From Camelus dromedarius (lineage: Eukaryota), in the NCBI RefSeq assembly GCF_036321535.1, contig NC_087437.1, positions 73,472,001 to 73,536,000 on the forward strand: a DNA stretch of 64,000 nucleotides. The letters are read 5' to 3'. Of this stretch, positions 38,331-51,320 are shown piece after piece. Below the pieces are notes generated by a model. It did no database searches. It was given only the letters and a program-made list of their open reading frames with translations, and was not told the DNA's origin. The stretch's first letter is position 1. Every line of letters starts with the position of its first letter. A program made the position numbers and the translations under genes.

Positions 38331-40489
38331 AACCACCACACCTTGAGTATAGAATTGAAGCAGGATATTGAAGCCATAAGGACACAAACAGGACAGCCAA
38401 TCTATACTGTTGTTCTATTCATAGCACTTGGCTATTGGAGTGCTCCCAAACTGAAAAGTCTTGTTCCATTTCTGGTAGAGAATATACACCTATTTAAGGC
38501 TCTATATCTAAGAAGCTGGAATAGAGATTCTTGACTCTTTAGAGTAGCAAAATGTAGTAAAAGAGTTGGATATTGCAATCATCCTTGTTTTCAAGTACCC
38601 TTGATAGATGATTTTTAAAAAGTAGAAGAAAGACAGAAAAATGTTGAAAAGACAGCTGAGCTCAGAATAGTGCTGAACAGTGCCAGAAAACCTGCTGGCC
38701 ATCCCAGCTCTCATATCGTGGCATCCATTTACCTGTAATCTTAAAAGATATTTGATCAATTTAACATTGCTAATACATGGTGAGACTGCTGACTTTTTGG
38801 TCTGTACATTTACATCGTCTGGTTACACAAGAATGGAACCCTGTAGGAGAGGATGGTACAGCTATTATTTACTGCATAAGATTTAGCCATCTCATTGTAT
38901 GTGAATGATACTCAAATTGTCGGAGTATCAAGTACAATAAAAGCTGTATCTGCTTTCCTGTCCTTCCTGCCAAATACACATGACAAACACACATTTCACT
39001 TTAGGAAAATGCTTAAAAGTACTCTGAGGTGAAAACTATTCAAAGGGAGTTTCGGGAGAAAGAACACACAACAGCAAGGCAATTGCAGATCAGACTGATC
39101 TTCAAGGTAACAGGATACCCTTTAAGTCCCTTGAACTATGTCTCTTTTGTATATAACACTACAGAATTGTCAGAGAAGAAAAGAGAGAATCCCGTAGTAC
39201 CTTTGAACCTAAAGTTTAAAAAATCTAATTCATTTTATATTCAGTCATTTAAAAATATAGGTCCTTAAATCCTGATCTGTAAAGTTTTCTTGATGGGATT
39301 GTGTTGCCACTGAACACTGCCAGCGACTCTGCGTAAATGCTAGTCTTCTTTGTTCTGCTTGCCCTCTCTCCCTTTTCTGTCTCACCAAGGCCCTTCCTTT
39401 GTGGCTTAAAAATTCTAGACAGACTCATCATTTTTATGCAGCTTTCACAGATAGATGGCTCCCGGGCCTGGTCTCTCAGCAACAGTTCAGACCTCATGTC
39501 TGATTCTTTGCACAGCTGAAACTAGCTGTGTGTTTTACTATGTGTTTTTATATATTCATATATTTATGTTTACCCTGTAAGCCGTTAAGTGATATATTTA
39601 TCAAATGTGGAAAACATAGCTACTTCTCTCACACCTCTTTACAACATCTAGTATACGCTTCTGCTTTTTAGTGTTCCTTTGAGTTAAGATTAGAATGAAA
39701 AATAAAATCAAGCTACGAAAGTACTGACATTTGAAAAATCTTACTTACCAACTATGATTACAACTGGTTGGGGTGATATGCAAAGGAAGGATGCTAACTT
39801 TCATTGAGCACAGGGTTATGGACCAGGTTATATTTCTCTTTAAATTCTTTCTTTCTTTCCGTATATATGGTGTATGTGTATGTGTGTGTCATGCAGGCTT
39901 AATTATTCTAATTCTTATATATAGATGGAAAAATGAGCTCAGAGATAAAAGAGAGAATTTTAACACAGGAGTATCTGGCTGTAAAGCCAGTGCTGTAGTC
40001 AACAACTGACTCCCCATATAAACTCACCAGTGATTATCTTGAATAACCCATTGACTACCCTCCAGGGTAAGACTTTGACACTCTTATTTAAGTACCAATT
40101 TTATAAAGAGCCCATATCAGGACACCAGTTATAGCACAATCTCCTATTGGTCTTATTATTGAGACCTGATGGCTGAAAAAGTACAGCTGGTTTTAGAAAT
40201 GCCTGCTAAAGATAATACTTACAGGTATTATTGTATTGGGTCTTTGCAAATAAAAGTCTTTTGACAATATCTAATACTTATTTATTAAATAGTTGTCCTA
40301 GACACACAACATCTTTAACTGGGATGAAAGAACGCTGTTTAATATAAAAGCCAACTACCAAAGCTTTTGCATACAAGGGGAGCAACTAGATTCATTTTGG
40401 AGAGATGACTTTGGTTTGGAAATGGAAGAGATGACAGATATGACAGACTCACTCTTCCTGCATTCATGGCCTAAAATGGGTTTGGAAGC

Positions 40490-40915
40490 TCCTATGATAC
40501 TTTAAAAATCTTGGTGGCTGGGGCTAGGGTCCAGGCATCAGTTTTTAAAGCTCCCCAGGTGATTCTAGTGTGCCACAAGTTTGGAAACCACTGGTCTAGA
40601 ATCTTGCTACTCAAAGTGTGGTACTGTGCTTATTAGAAATACAGAATCTTTGGCCCCCACTTCAGGTCTACTGAATCAGAATCTGCATTTTAACAAGATC
40701 TCTTGGTGGTTTCTATGCACATTAAAGCTCCAGAAGCACTGGGCTAGAAAAAAAGTTTTCAATTATGGCTCTGCATTAGAAACACTTGAGGAGCTTTTAA
40801 AATATAATGATATTCTGGTCTTAGCCACAGCAGCTCTAATTCATTTGGTATAGGGTGGGACCTGGACTTTAGTATGCTATATACTTCTCAGGTAGTTCCA
40901 ATGTGCAATCACTAT
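40490..40915. mobile_element. Cluster of three MER5-family fragments
   Basis: 'aagctccccaggtgattcta..tttggaaaccactg', 'actgaatcagaatctgcattttaacaagatc', 'tctaattcatttggtatagggtggg..ctcaggtagttccaatgtgca'. Confidence 0.7.
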
Positions 40916-41611
40916 TGTGAAATAGAAGACGAAACTGAGCACTGCATAACTTTGCACAGAAGAAAATCTGGAGGTTACTCAGGTAGCCTGGGAGGTTAGG
41001 GACACAAAAAAAGGTGAGATTTAAGGATGCATATGCTGGGTGATGCACCAGTGTGTTAGGAAGCAGGAGATTGTGAGGAAAACCTTTCCAATGAGAAATT
41101 TCCATGATAACAGGGAGGGAAGAATAGAGGTTGGTTGAAGGACTTTAAAAACACAGGTGTAATACTTGATTTTAGGTTGTTGTTTTTGTTATGAAGCAGG
41201 ATGAGGTGAGCATAACATTTGACCCTACTAGTTCTCAGAATTCTTGTGAAATGTATAAAATCCTCTGAGAATTATGTAGAATGAAGGCTTGAGCTACTTA
41301 AAATATAAACTATAGGAAGAGTAACCCCAAAAAACTGGAGAACTTGAAGATGGAGGCATCTTGTTTTTGGTCACTTGGGAAACAAACATATCATATAAGG
41401 ATAGTTTATCCTTTGACCACCAACTGCTTTTTCAGGAATACATAGTATTTCTCTAGTCTGATTCTAGGTCAGTATATAATTCTTGCTTTTTGTTGTCTAG
41501 CCTTCTTTTTGCTCACTCATGCTGCCTTCTTCTAGTTTCATGTCATCCGTTTAGTTGGAGGGACTTTCAGATTCTCATGTCTAGTTCTTAAGGCAGTAAG
41601 ATTTTTTACCC

Positions 41612-44250
41612 TTTTTAAAATTGAAGTATAGTTGACTTACAGTATTATATTAGTTTCACATGTACAACATAGTGATTTGATATTTTTATGCCTTATGAAA
41701 TGATCACCAGGATAAGTCTAGTTACCATCTGTCACCATACAAAGTTATTACAATATTATTAACTATATTTCCCATGCCATATATCAAAGCCTCTTGACTT
41801 ACTTATTTTGTAGTTGGAAGTTTGTATCTTTTAATCCCTTTTACCTATTTCACTTATCCACCCCCGACCCCTTCCCCTCTGGCAAGCACTAGTTTGATCT
41901 TTGTATTTATGAGCCTATTTCTGTTTTGTTATGTCTGTTCATTGTTTTTTGTTTTTTTTTTAGATTCCATATATAAGTGAATCATAAGGTATTTATCATT
42001 CTTTATCTGACTTATTTTACTTAGCATTATACCCTCTAGTTCCATCCATATTGCTGCAAACATCATTTTATTCTTTTTTATGGCTGAGTACTATTCCATT
42101 GTATAAATATACTACAGCTTCCTTATCCAGTCATCTGTCGATGGACATTTAGGTTGTTTCCTGTCTTGGCTATTGTATATAGTGCTACTATGAACATTGA
42201 GGGTATCTTTTCAAATTACAATTCCCTGTAGATGTATGCCCAAGAATGGGATTGCTGGATCATGTAGTAAATCTATTTTTAGTTTTTTGAGGAATCTCCA
42301 TATTGTTTTCCATAGTGGCTACATAAAACTACATTCCCACCAACAGTGTAGGAGGATTCCCTTTTCTCCACACCCTCTCCAGCATTTATTGTTTGTGGAC
42401 TTTTTAATGGTGGCCATTCTGCTGGTGTGAGGTGATAGATACCTCATTGTAGTTTTGATTTGCATTTCTCTATAATTAACGATACTGAGCATTTTTTCAT
42501 GTGCCTATTGGCCATTTGTATGTCTTTATTGGAGAATTGCTTGTTCAGGTCTTCTACCCATTTTTGGATTGTGTTGTTTGTTTTACGTTATTAAGTTGTA
42601 TGAGCTATTTATATATTCTGGAAATCAAACCTTTGTCCATAATTTGCAAATATTTTCTCCCATTCTGTAGGTTGTTGTTTTGTTTTGCTTATGGTTTCCT
42701 TTGATGTTAAAAAACTTATGATTTTAATTAGGCCCCATTTGTTTTTTTTTGCTTTTATTTCTGTTGCCTGGGTAGACTGCCCAAGGAGAACATTGTTAAG
42801 ATTTTTGTCAGTGAATATTTTTGCCTATGTTTTCTTCTAGGAGGTTTATAGTGTCTTGTCTTATGTTTAAGTCTTTAAGCCATTTTGAATTTATTTTTGT
42901 GTATGCTGTAAGGGAGTATTCTAACTTCATTGATTTGCAAGCAACAGCCATCATTTTTTAAGATAAGTTTTCTGCCTTGTTCTCTCTTCTCCCTTTAGAA
43001 TCCATATAATGCAAATGTTAGTACACTGATGTCCCAGAGGTCCCTTAAAATACCCTCATTTTAAAATTATTTTTTATTTTTGATGTTCTGATTGGATAAT
43101 TTCCACTATTTGTCTTCCAGGTCGCTAATTTGTTCTTCTGTATCATCTAATCTTCTGTTGATTCTCCCTAGCATATTTTTCATTTCATTTATTGTATTCC
43201 TAAACTTCAGTTAGTTCTTTCTTATATTTTCCAGCTCTTTGTTGAAATTCTCATTGTCTTCATTCATTCTTCTCCCAAGTTTGGTGAGCATCTTTATTAC
43301 CATTATTTTGAACTCTTTTATCAGGTAAATTATTTACCTTTGTTTCCTTAGAGTTTTTCCCTGGGATTTTTTATCTTCTTTCATTTGGAATGTAATTCTC
43401 TGTCTCCTTGTTTTGTTTGACTTCCGTGTTTGTATGAATTAGGTGAAACAGCTATGTCCCCCAGTTTTGAAAATGTGATTTTCAGTTTGAGCATCCCCTG
43501 TGTAGACTGTATGTCCTGGGCAGTTTTAGCAGGCTAGCTGGAGATGGAGTGGGTGTGGGCCATGGAGGTCCTGGGTTGCACTGCACCAGGGCCATCCTTG
43601 CAGGATGGCTGAAGCTGGAGCAGGTGCATGATGGGGGATTCTTGGGTTCTCCATGTCACAGACACCCTAGTGAAATAGCTAGAGCTGGAGCAGATACAGG
43701 CATGGGTTCTGGGGGTGCCCCATGCTAGGGCCATGTTTGGGGGATTGCTATAGTTAGTGTTGGCCAAGGGCCTGGGTTGCACTGGGGCAGCCTTGGCAGA
43801 CTGGCTTGAGTGTGGACCATATTCTCACCATGCTATCGAGGTGGAGGGGGAATGCAAAAAATGGTGCTCTCTGGCACCTTTGACCCCAGAGAGAGTTCCA
43901 GCAGTTCTCCACTTGTATGGCAGATGCTCTGGGGTTAGTAAATGGATTTCCTTCATGTATAGTCTAGGTACCCTTTGAATAGCTGTTTTTTCACTATTTC
44001 CGAGGGTGGATGAGTCTACAAGCTGACCCCTTAGTGATATCCCTCCCTAATGGAGGTCACTTTGTTGGGGGTGGATTCCCATTGGTACCATGTCTGTCTT
44101 TCCTACCCATCTCTATGTCGTCTCTCCATTGTTGTGCAGAATCTGTTCAATCAGCCCTCAGTTCTTCTTTAGGAAGAACTACTCTATAAGTAGGTATAGA
44201 TTCAGTGTGTCCGTGAGAAGAGGTGAATTCATGGTCTTCTACACCATCCT
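41612..44250 (-). mobile_element. Composite LINE: older-type 3' end + camelid-type ORF2 3' segment + HAL1/L1-like ORF1 and 5'UTR
   Basis: 41612-41945 older L1MA9/HAL1-like 3'UTR; ~41960-42944 ORF2 C-terminus similar to 11760-12750; abrupt switch at ~42945 to ORF1-like sequence and a GC-richer 5'UTR ending 'tcttctacaccatc'. Confidence 0.75.
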
Positions 44251-44914
44251 TTTTGTATCAGAAAACCCAGGACTTTTCATTCTAACTCTTTGTGTCTGAT
44301 TCTTCATGATTACATCCAGACAATCCTAATAAACTTCGATTGCTGAGTGAAAGACATATCCCTTTTAAATAATGAGACAAAAAAAAAAAAGCCAATTGAT
44401 AAACCTAGAACTTTCTTTCCCTCTGAAATAAGAGGAGTCACTTATCTACACCCACTAGTTTCAGAGGGAAGTATACAAAACTCCCCTTGAAGCATCCAGG
44501 TCATTTGTATTAAGCTTGGGTACACATTCTGTGTTTACTGTGACTGTATCTTATACAAGACATTAAATCCAAAGAGAATGTTAAGCATAGTAGCAAGAGT
44601 TTAAGATATTGAGCCATCAGGTTCCCAAGGGAGGAAATGCTTACCTCACTTCATCTAATCTCTCCTGCCTCCTTTCTGAAAGAAGGAAAGATGGACAAGA
44701 AGTAAGAGCTATAGAAGATTTTGTGTTCAAGGTGGTGACAAGTTTTCCAAAAATGCTATTTTTATGTATATCTTATCTTGGAGCACATTACAGAGCAGGG
44801 CTTCTTTGGAGCTTATGCTCCTGCACAGAAGTGTCAATGTAAAAAGTTGGAAAATGATCAAAGCTGGGTGTGGGCAGTCTGTGCAAGGGTGAGTGTAAGG
44901 GGGAAGAGCCGGAG

Positions 44915-45009
44915 TTGAGAGAAAGCAAGGTGATAATACCAAGGCACTCACTCCCCTTAACTTGAGAGAAAGCAAGGTGATAATACCAAGGCACTCACTC
45001 CCCTTAACT
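44915..45009. repeat. Perfect 47-bp tandem duplication
   Basis: TTGAGAGAAAGCAAGGTGATAATACCAAGGCACTCACTCCCCTTAAC at 44915-44961 and 44962-45008. Confidence 0.97.
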
Positions 45010-48000
45010 GTCAAGTAGTATATAATTTTCACTACCAAAATTTAGTGTCAAATTTCTCTAAATCAGAATACAGCCCATGCACGAATCTCCTTCATTTTAC
45101 TATTTAGCAAAGTAGAACCATATTTTTCCTTTGTGAGTCAATATGACATTAAATAACTAAAACTAATTTCCCTCTATCAGTCTTTACTTGATGTTAGGTT
45201 CCAACCAGAAATTGAGCAAAGGATGTCTAGGAAGCCAGCCTCGGAATAAAGGAAGAAACATTAAATAACTGGAGCAGCAAGCAATCTGAGGACGTTTAGT
45301 GAAGAGGCTGCTCTCCATACCTTTGGACTTGCCGCATAGGAGGAGATGCTAAAAATCTGCATCTGGAATAGATTAGTAGGGGGGAAGAATTCAGTGAGTT
45401 CAGTCTGAAGTCTCCAATTTGCATGCAACATCTGGAACATCAGCCCGATGCACATGATAAGCACTCTGTGTTATCAAGAAAAGGGTAAATCCTTTTGTGT
45501 ACGTTATTTGAGCAGGGTGAAGTGATGTATCTCAGTGAGATTTTCAACAAAATGATTACATTGTTTGTAATTGGACTTAAAGGGTTAAGCTTTCCTTGTT
45601 CTAAATATTCACTTACTTGGAAGACCTGCCCCCCCCCCCCCATCTTCCTGGACACCACTTTGGATAACTTAGATGTCATGATATAAATATTTAGTTCTCT
45701 CTTAGTTACCAAATAGTATGCTTCTTCCTCATCTAATCTTCTGCTTGCATCTGTCCTTTTAACAGTGTATTAATATCACCATTGCAAGTTAATTTAAAAT
45801 TATATTTATTTGGTTGCTTATTAAAGCATGTTGGAATGAACTTCTCTCTCTTTCCTTCCCTTTATCAGTCACTTAGCCCACTTTCCCACATACTTTTCAA
45901 ACTCCAACCAAACATAATTTGATCAGAATGTCCCCCTACCTACCGCCTCTCTAGCCTGTCGGTTCTGTTTCTCATCTCCTATGTTGAAACTAACACCTAG
46001 AGAGTTTGTTTCTCCGTCATTGTCATTGCTCACCTCCAATTTTAGCTCTTCAGATAATATCACACTTCTCTCTCAACACATATGCAACTAATTCAGCTGC
46101 TTGACATGTTTACTCCTCACATTTATACAAAACACATTTAAACTTTCACTTTTCATTTGCATCTGCATTTCATCCTCTTTAGAAGAAAAATCACACAAGA
46201 GAAGCATCTGCCAGTTTTTGTTTCAATTTCATTGTACTTATTTTTTTTTCTTTCCTTTTTTTTGACTCATGTAGTAATGAGAGGAACTATACCACGGTTG
46301 TGTAATACTTGGCTCTTACCATCTCAAACAAGGAACTGGAATCTCAGTAAATGTATATGTATGTAAATATATTTGGGAGCGATATTCTCTGCGTGTATGT
46401 ATTTCACTTGGATGGATGCACAAGGTCGTGTGTATAATGTATATTTACAACAAGGTTAGAAGATTGGCAGCTTAGCTTTCAATTCCTATTAGACAGGAAA
46501 CAAACCAGTCTCTTCTCTAGCACAAAACCACCAAAGAGTTAGTGCTGTCTGGCAGCTGCTTTCAGGTGAATGATCAATTGTTCCTTTGCTTCTAGTTCTA
46601 CTGGTGAAATTTCTATCCTGGACCAGAAATACTCTAAAGCCACATTTTACCCTTTCAGTACTTTCAGACTCTAGGTCAGGCCTTAGATTTTATCTTAAAC
46701 ACTCATGAGTTTTTTTGTTTTTCATTTAATTGTATCTGTATAATAATTTCTTGGTCTCTACTTCAGAATTTGCTCGAGTTTAATTAAATAACTGCAAATG
46801 ATGCTGCTGCAGGCAGTATCAGGGTAAGCAGACAGGCTGGTTTGGTAGCTAAGCAACGGGCCTGGAAGTGATAATTTATAATCTGCATTGCTTTGTGACC
46901 TTCAGCTACTTTTTGCCTAGTTTCATTTCTGGTAGTGTGGGCTGATAGTGGGTATTGATGTGGTTTATATTAAATAACTAGACAAGATATTGTATATTTC
47001 TTAAATCACAGAATCCCTCTTTCCTCTAATCTTCGGTGGTGCTTTCTCAGATTATCTGGATTTTATGTTCAAGGTTCATCTTGTGCCTGAAGGATACCTA
47101 AAAGTCATCCTACCTGTCATGGTTTTCTTCAGGTGTAGAGTTATCCATTGATTCGATCTGCTATTAACCTCATCATGTGTGTGACCTCAGGAAATTCATA
47201 AACCTGTCTACGCCTTCGGGCTGCTGTAGCTCCTGCACAATGAAATATACAAATCAGTCTTTTTTTTTTTCTGTGTACTTGCTTCTATTCATTTGTCTTT
47301 CAGAGTAGCTCAGTTTCTCTTTTCCCAGCTCTGCAATTGTTCAGAGCCTGGCTAACTTGTTGACTTCTGCTCCCCTTCATAACATACGAAAAGAATCTTG
47401 TGCTTGGTCAACATAACCTGTTAGTATGAATCTGTGTTACCAGTAATGATTGTACCCTGCCTTGGTTTAGAAGAAACGGTACCTTTTGGAAATGCAGGCA
47501 CCTGATAAACAAGAATTGTAGTGAGGGATTTTTAATCATTTCACACCAATGGTATTAATACAGGTAGGAAACACTCCTTTAGCTGGATGGGAGTAAAAGT
47601 GCCCCAATAAATCATGCTGCACTTTTCTCCCCAGGAAGCTCTTGTGCTGTAGGTCACCGAGCCTTTCAAACATGGTAATGTGTCTGGAAATTTCAGTTGA
47701 CAGAAAATACATCAGTTAATCAGCAACCTCAGAAAGTGAACAAAGCTGAGCCACAGAGAGTGATTGCTGAGCAGCCAGTGTGGTTCTTTGAGGTGGTGTT
47801 AGGAGAGGCCTACCGAGACTAGATAGAGCAGCAAAGATAACTCTCCTTATCCTGGGGGAAAACTGCCCTCCAGCCACTCCCAGAATGCTGTGACGTTCAA
47901 CGCGTGCCTGTCTCACTTAGCTGGTAGACAATGTACCTTCCTGCTCTACACTTGGTCATCAGAACCCTTCCCATCTTTCCCCTCTTCTTTTTCAATTTTG

Positions 48001-51000
48001 AAAAGTTACACCCCTACATATACACATACACGTCACCATCATCATCATCAAACTATAGAGACTAATATAACAAATGTCTGTGTACTTTCCTGGAATTTAA
48101 AAATGGGGCCATTTTCACATTTCACTTTGAACTGAAAGCACTGGTAAAATTGACTTTCTTTTCTCCACCTAACCAGTTCCATTTTTCTTCCTACTTCCCT
48201 CACAAAGGGAACCATTTTATGAACTTTATGTGATCTTTCTAGTCAGTTCTTTAAAACTACTTCTACATGCATCCCTGAGACAGCATAAATTTTTTGTATA
48301 ATGTACATTTATGTAATTTTGTGTAAAAATGTACATAAATGGTAGCCTTGTGTACTTCACCTAACCAATTATTTCCCTGCTCTCTATCCCTATACTTTTG
48401 TTGCCCTTTCTTTTTTTTTCCTTGCACATTCTTTCTCCTATTTACACTTGTATCTGTCTCATTCCATTCCCTCACTTTTTTTCTTCATCTTTATGCTGTT
48501 TTCTTAGTTCTGACACACACACACACAGCCATCTAAACTGTAAAAAACCCAAAACTGCCTAGCAAGCGCTACCCACCCTCTGGCTGGTGGACCTTCCCAT
48601 GTGTACTTTAGAGCGTTGTGGTCCTCTCTGCCACAAAAAGAGCAGTAAGTCTGCGCCACCAAAAAGAGGAGCATGAAGGAGAGGAGCATGAAGTCTTTAA
48701 CCTCTTGACTAACTCAAGTGTCTAATAATCCTCTTATGGAAAATGACCCCTTTGATATATATATGTGATACATATAAGCCTTGTGAGGATTGACCACTGT
48801 GGTGAATAGTGCATTAAAATTAATGTGGCTGCCTTAATCTTCTCTTAACTTGCTTCTTCCCTGATGATGAAAGCAGCTGAGTTTCTGACTACAGCTTGCA
48901 CAGGGTTATCAGGGATTTGACATCTAAAAGGATCTCACTTTTCCCCCCATAGTTTTGTGATTAGATCTTGGAATTTCCTTAGAGAATAATCTCTTTACTA
49001 TATATACACACCTCCTGTTGCAAACTTCTGGTCTACGTACTTAACTCCCACTCTGATCAAAGGGCCATATGTATTGACTCACTAAATTCTTGACCAACTC
49101 CTGCCCTCTCCTGGGTTACCTGATGCTTTTACCATGTGTCTTTTTTTTACCACATGTTCCTACCCTCAGTCAAAGACTGACACTCCCTTCTATTTACTTG
49201 TACACTTTTGATTTACCTCTTCCTCTTGCAAGAGAACCAGAGAGCATGCTTACACTCAGACAAATGGTTAAACCTCTTCCAAGGTGCTTGAGTCATTATG
49301 AATACCCTGCTCTTCATTTTCACAAAACTTTCACGTGCACAAGGGATGTCGAAGAGAGGAGGCAGAAAAGTGAGGTGTCCTTTCCCCCGCTGATTTGATT
49401 GTCTTAGAACACTTCCATGGGGGTAGTCCTTGATTGATTTGCAATATAGTTTCATCTGCCCAGGTGGATTACTCTCTTTGAGGGGAAGGCTCATGGCTAT
49501 GTTTTCCAATGTATTTTGTGAAGCGGGCCATACTGAAGAAGCTCTCTGTGCCACAGGCATTCTGAACTTTTATTTTTTTGTTCCTTGGATACAGTATGAA
49601 TATACCATAGGCCCCTCTACACACAGTTAGCCTATGCTTAGAACATCCCCAATAAACCCTTTCCCCACTCCGACTCCCATCCCAGTCCACCCCACATTTT
49701 CGTCTAGACAACTCATCCTCATGTGGTGTGACTCAGCTGAGACGTTGCTTCCTCCAAGAGACCCTCCTAGATACTCCAAGTCTGAGGCAATCTCCTCATC
49801 ACTTATCACATTCCATCCTTATTGCTGATTTACTTGTGTACCTTCCTGATGAGATTGCAAGCCTATGTCCATCAGGTTCAGGTTGTACCTTGAATGCCTG
49901 GCGCAGAGTCTGCTACATAGTAAAAATCTTTAAATGACCCAGCGGTCCAGATAGAGTGAGCTCTTACTTCCCCCGCCCAACGATCTTGTAAAAACGTTAA
50001 CTTTTCTCCACCTCTCCATTTTTCCTTTCCTAGACGGATTTCTTCAGCAAATTACAGAGGAAGGAAAGTTGTTTTGCTCTTAACCTGTCTATGAGTTAAT
50101 ACATTCCACATCTGCCCACTTTCCAGGGCAGGAAAATATCTTTACACACATTTTTGGCTACTTGAGTTTGCCTGGTTAAAACTTTGAGTTTCACGATTAT
50201 GAAACATACTTTGCTAAAATCCTCATCTTAAGGAATATGAAGCATCTTCAGCAGAATCCATATTTCAGCTTAAGAAAACTCAAATAATGCTCCTGATGAC
50301 ACATTCACCAACATCTCATGTGTCTAATATATAGCCTTTTTATCTTAGGATTTCACATGGCTTTATCAACACTAATTAACCAGTGGAAACAAGGTCTCAT
50401 GTGTAGAGGTAAAGAGATGGCATCAATAGCTCCTTTTATCACTGTGAACTAAGAGCCCCTAGATTTTTATCCACTAATGAGAAAATACACATCAAAAGTT
50501 GTATTAGTCCAAGGCATTCTTTTATCCAGGAGACTTTCCTGCCCTTTGACAGTCATTCCTAAAGAAACGATCCACTTCATAATTATTTGAAAAGTTTTGA
50601 AACTTTGACCCCTGAGTGGGTAGCCAAGCTGCATAACTTCTCCAATGAGTTAAATAATTATTTTTTCCATCCCTTCCTGCAAGGTCCTTCGTATGTGAAA
50701 GGAAAAAAAAATCTGGTAACTCATGCCAAACAAGTAAAGAAAAATGGCCCTGAAATATACAAAATGGCAGTATACTGACTCATCACATTTACACTTACAT
50801 TATAGCTTATTTTAATATAAATTCAAGCTGCTAAAAATTACTCCCACAGGCAGCTGTGAAAAGTCATTTTTTCCCCACACATTTCCTTGTAATAAACGAA
50901 GTCTTAGAGTAATTCCTTTAAATAGCTCTAGAAGAGAAAATGAAGATTGTGTACCAATTTCCAAATTAGGAAACTTCACCTCGGTGTGGTGACTGTCTCC

Positions 51001-51129
51001 TGAAGGGGTACTCCAGAGAGCGGAGGCTCCTCTCACCTGGGAGGTCCTGTCCCATCCAGCGCTGAGGCCTGGCCTCCTGAGAGCTCAGTCTCCTTACTGT
51101 GTAGACTAGGCGTCCTGGGGGAGCCTGGC

Positions 51130-51320
51130 ACAAAAGTAGGTTCTGGAATCAGAGAATATTTACTCAGGTATTCTCTCTGCTGCCTCCTAGCTGTGACCCT
51201 TTAATGAGTTATTTGTCACTTCTGCTTACCTGCCAGGCTTGCTGTGAGGGTCATATTAGTTAATATACGTGAAGTGGGAAGTACTCTGACTAGCATAGTA
51301 GTTACTCATTACATGTTAGC
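51130..51320 (+). mobile_element. MIR SINE (internally deleted)
   Basis: 'tctggaatcaga..ctagctgtgacc..ttgctgtgagg..tagttactcattacatgttagct'. Confidence 0.65.

Noticed and set aside
44915..45009. CRISPR-like repeat
   Set aside because: Two abutting copies, no spacers, eukaryotic context.
47329..47415. Armadillo-repeat resemblance (SLANLLTSAPLHNIRKESC)
   Set aside because: Isolated match; the same bases fit better, with correct spacing, into the collinear acyltransferase motif series.
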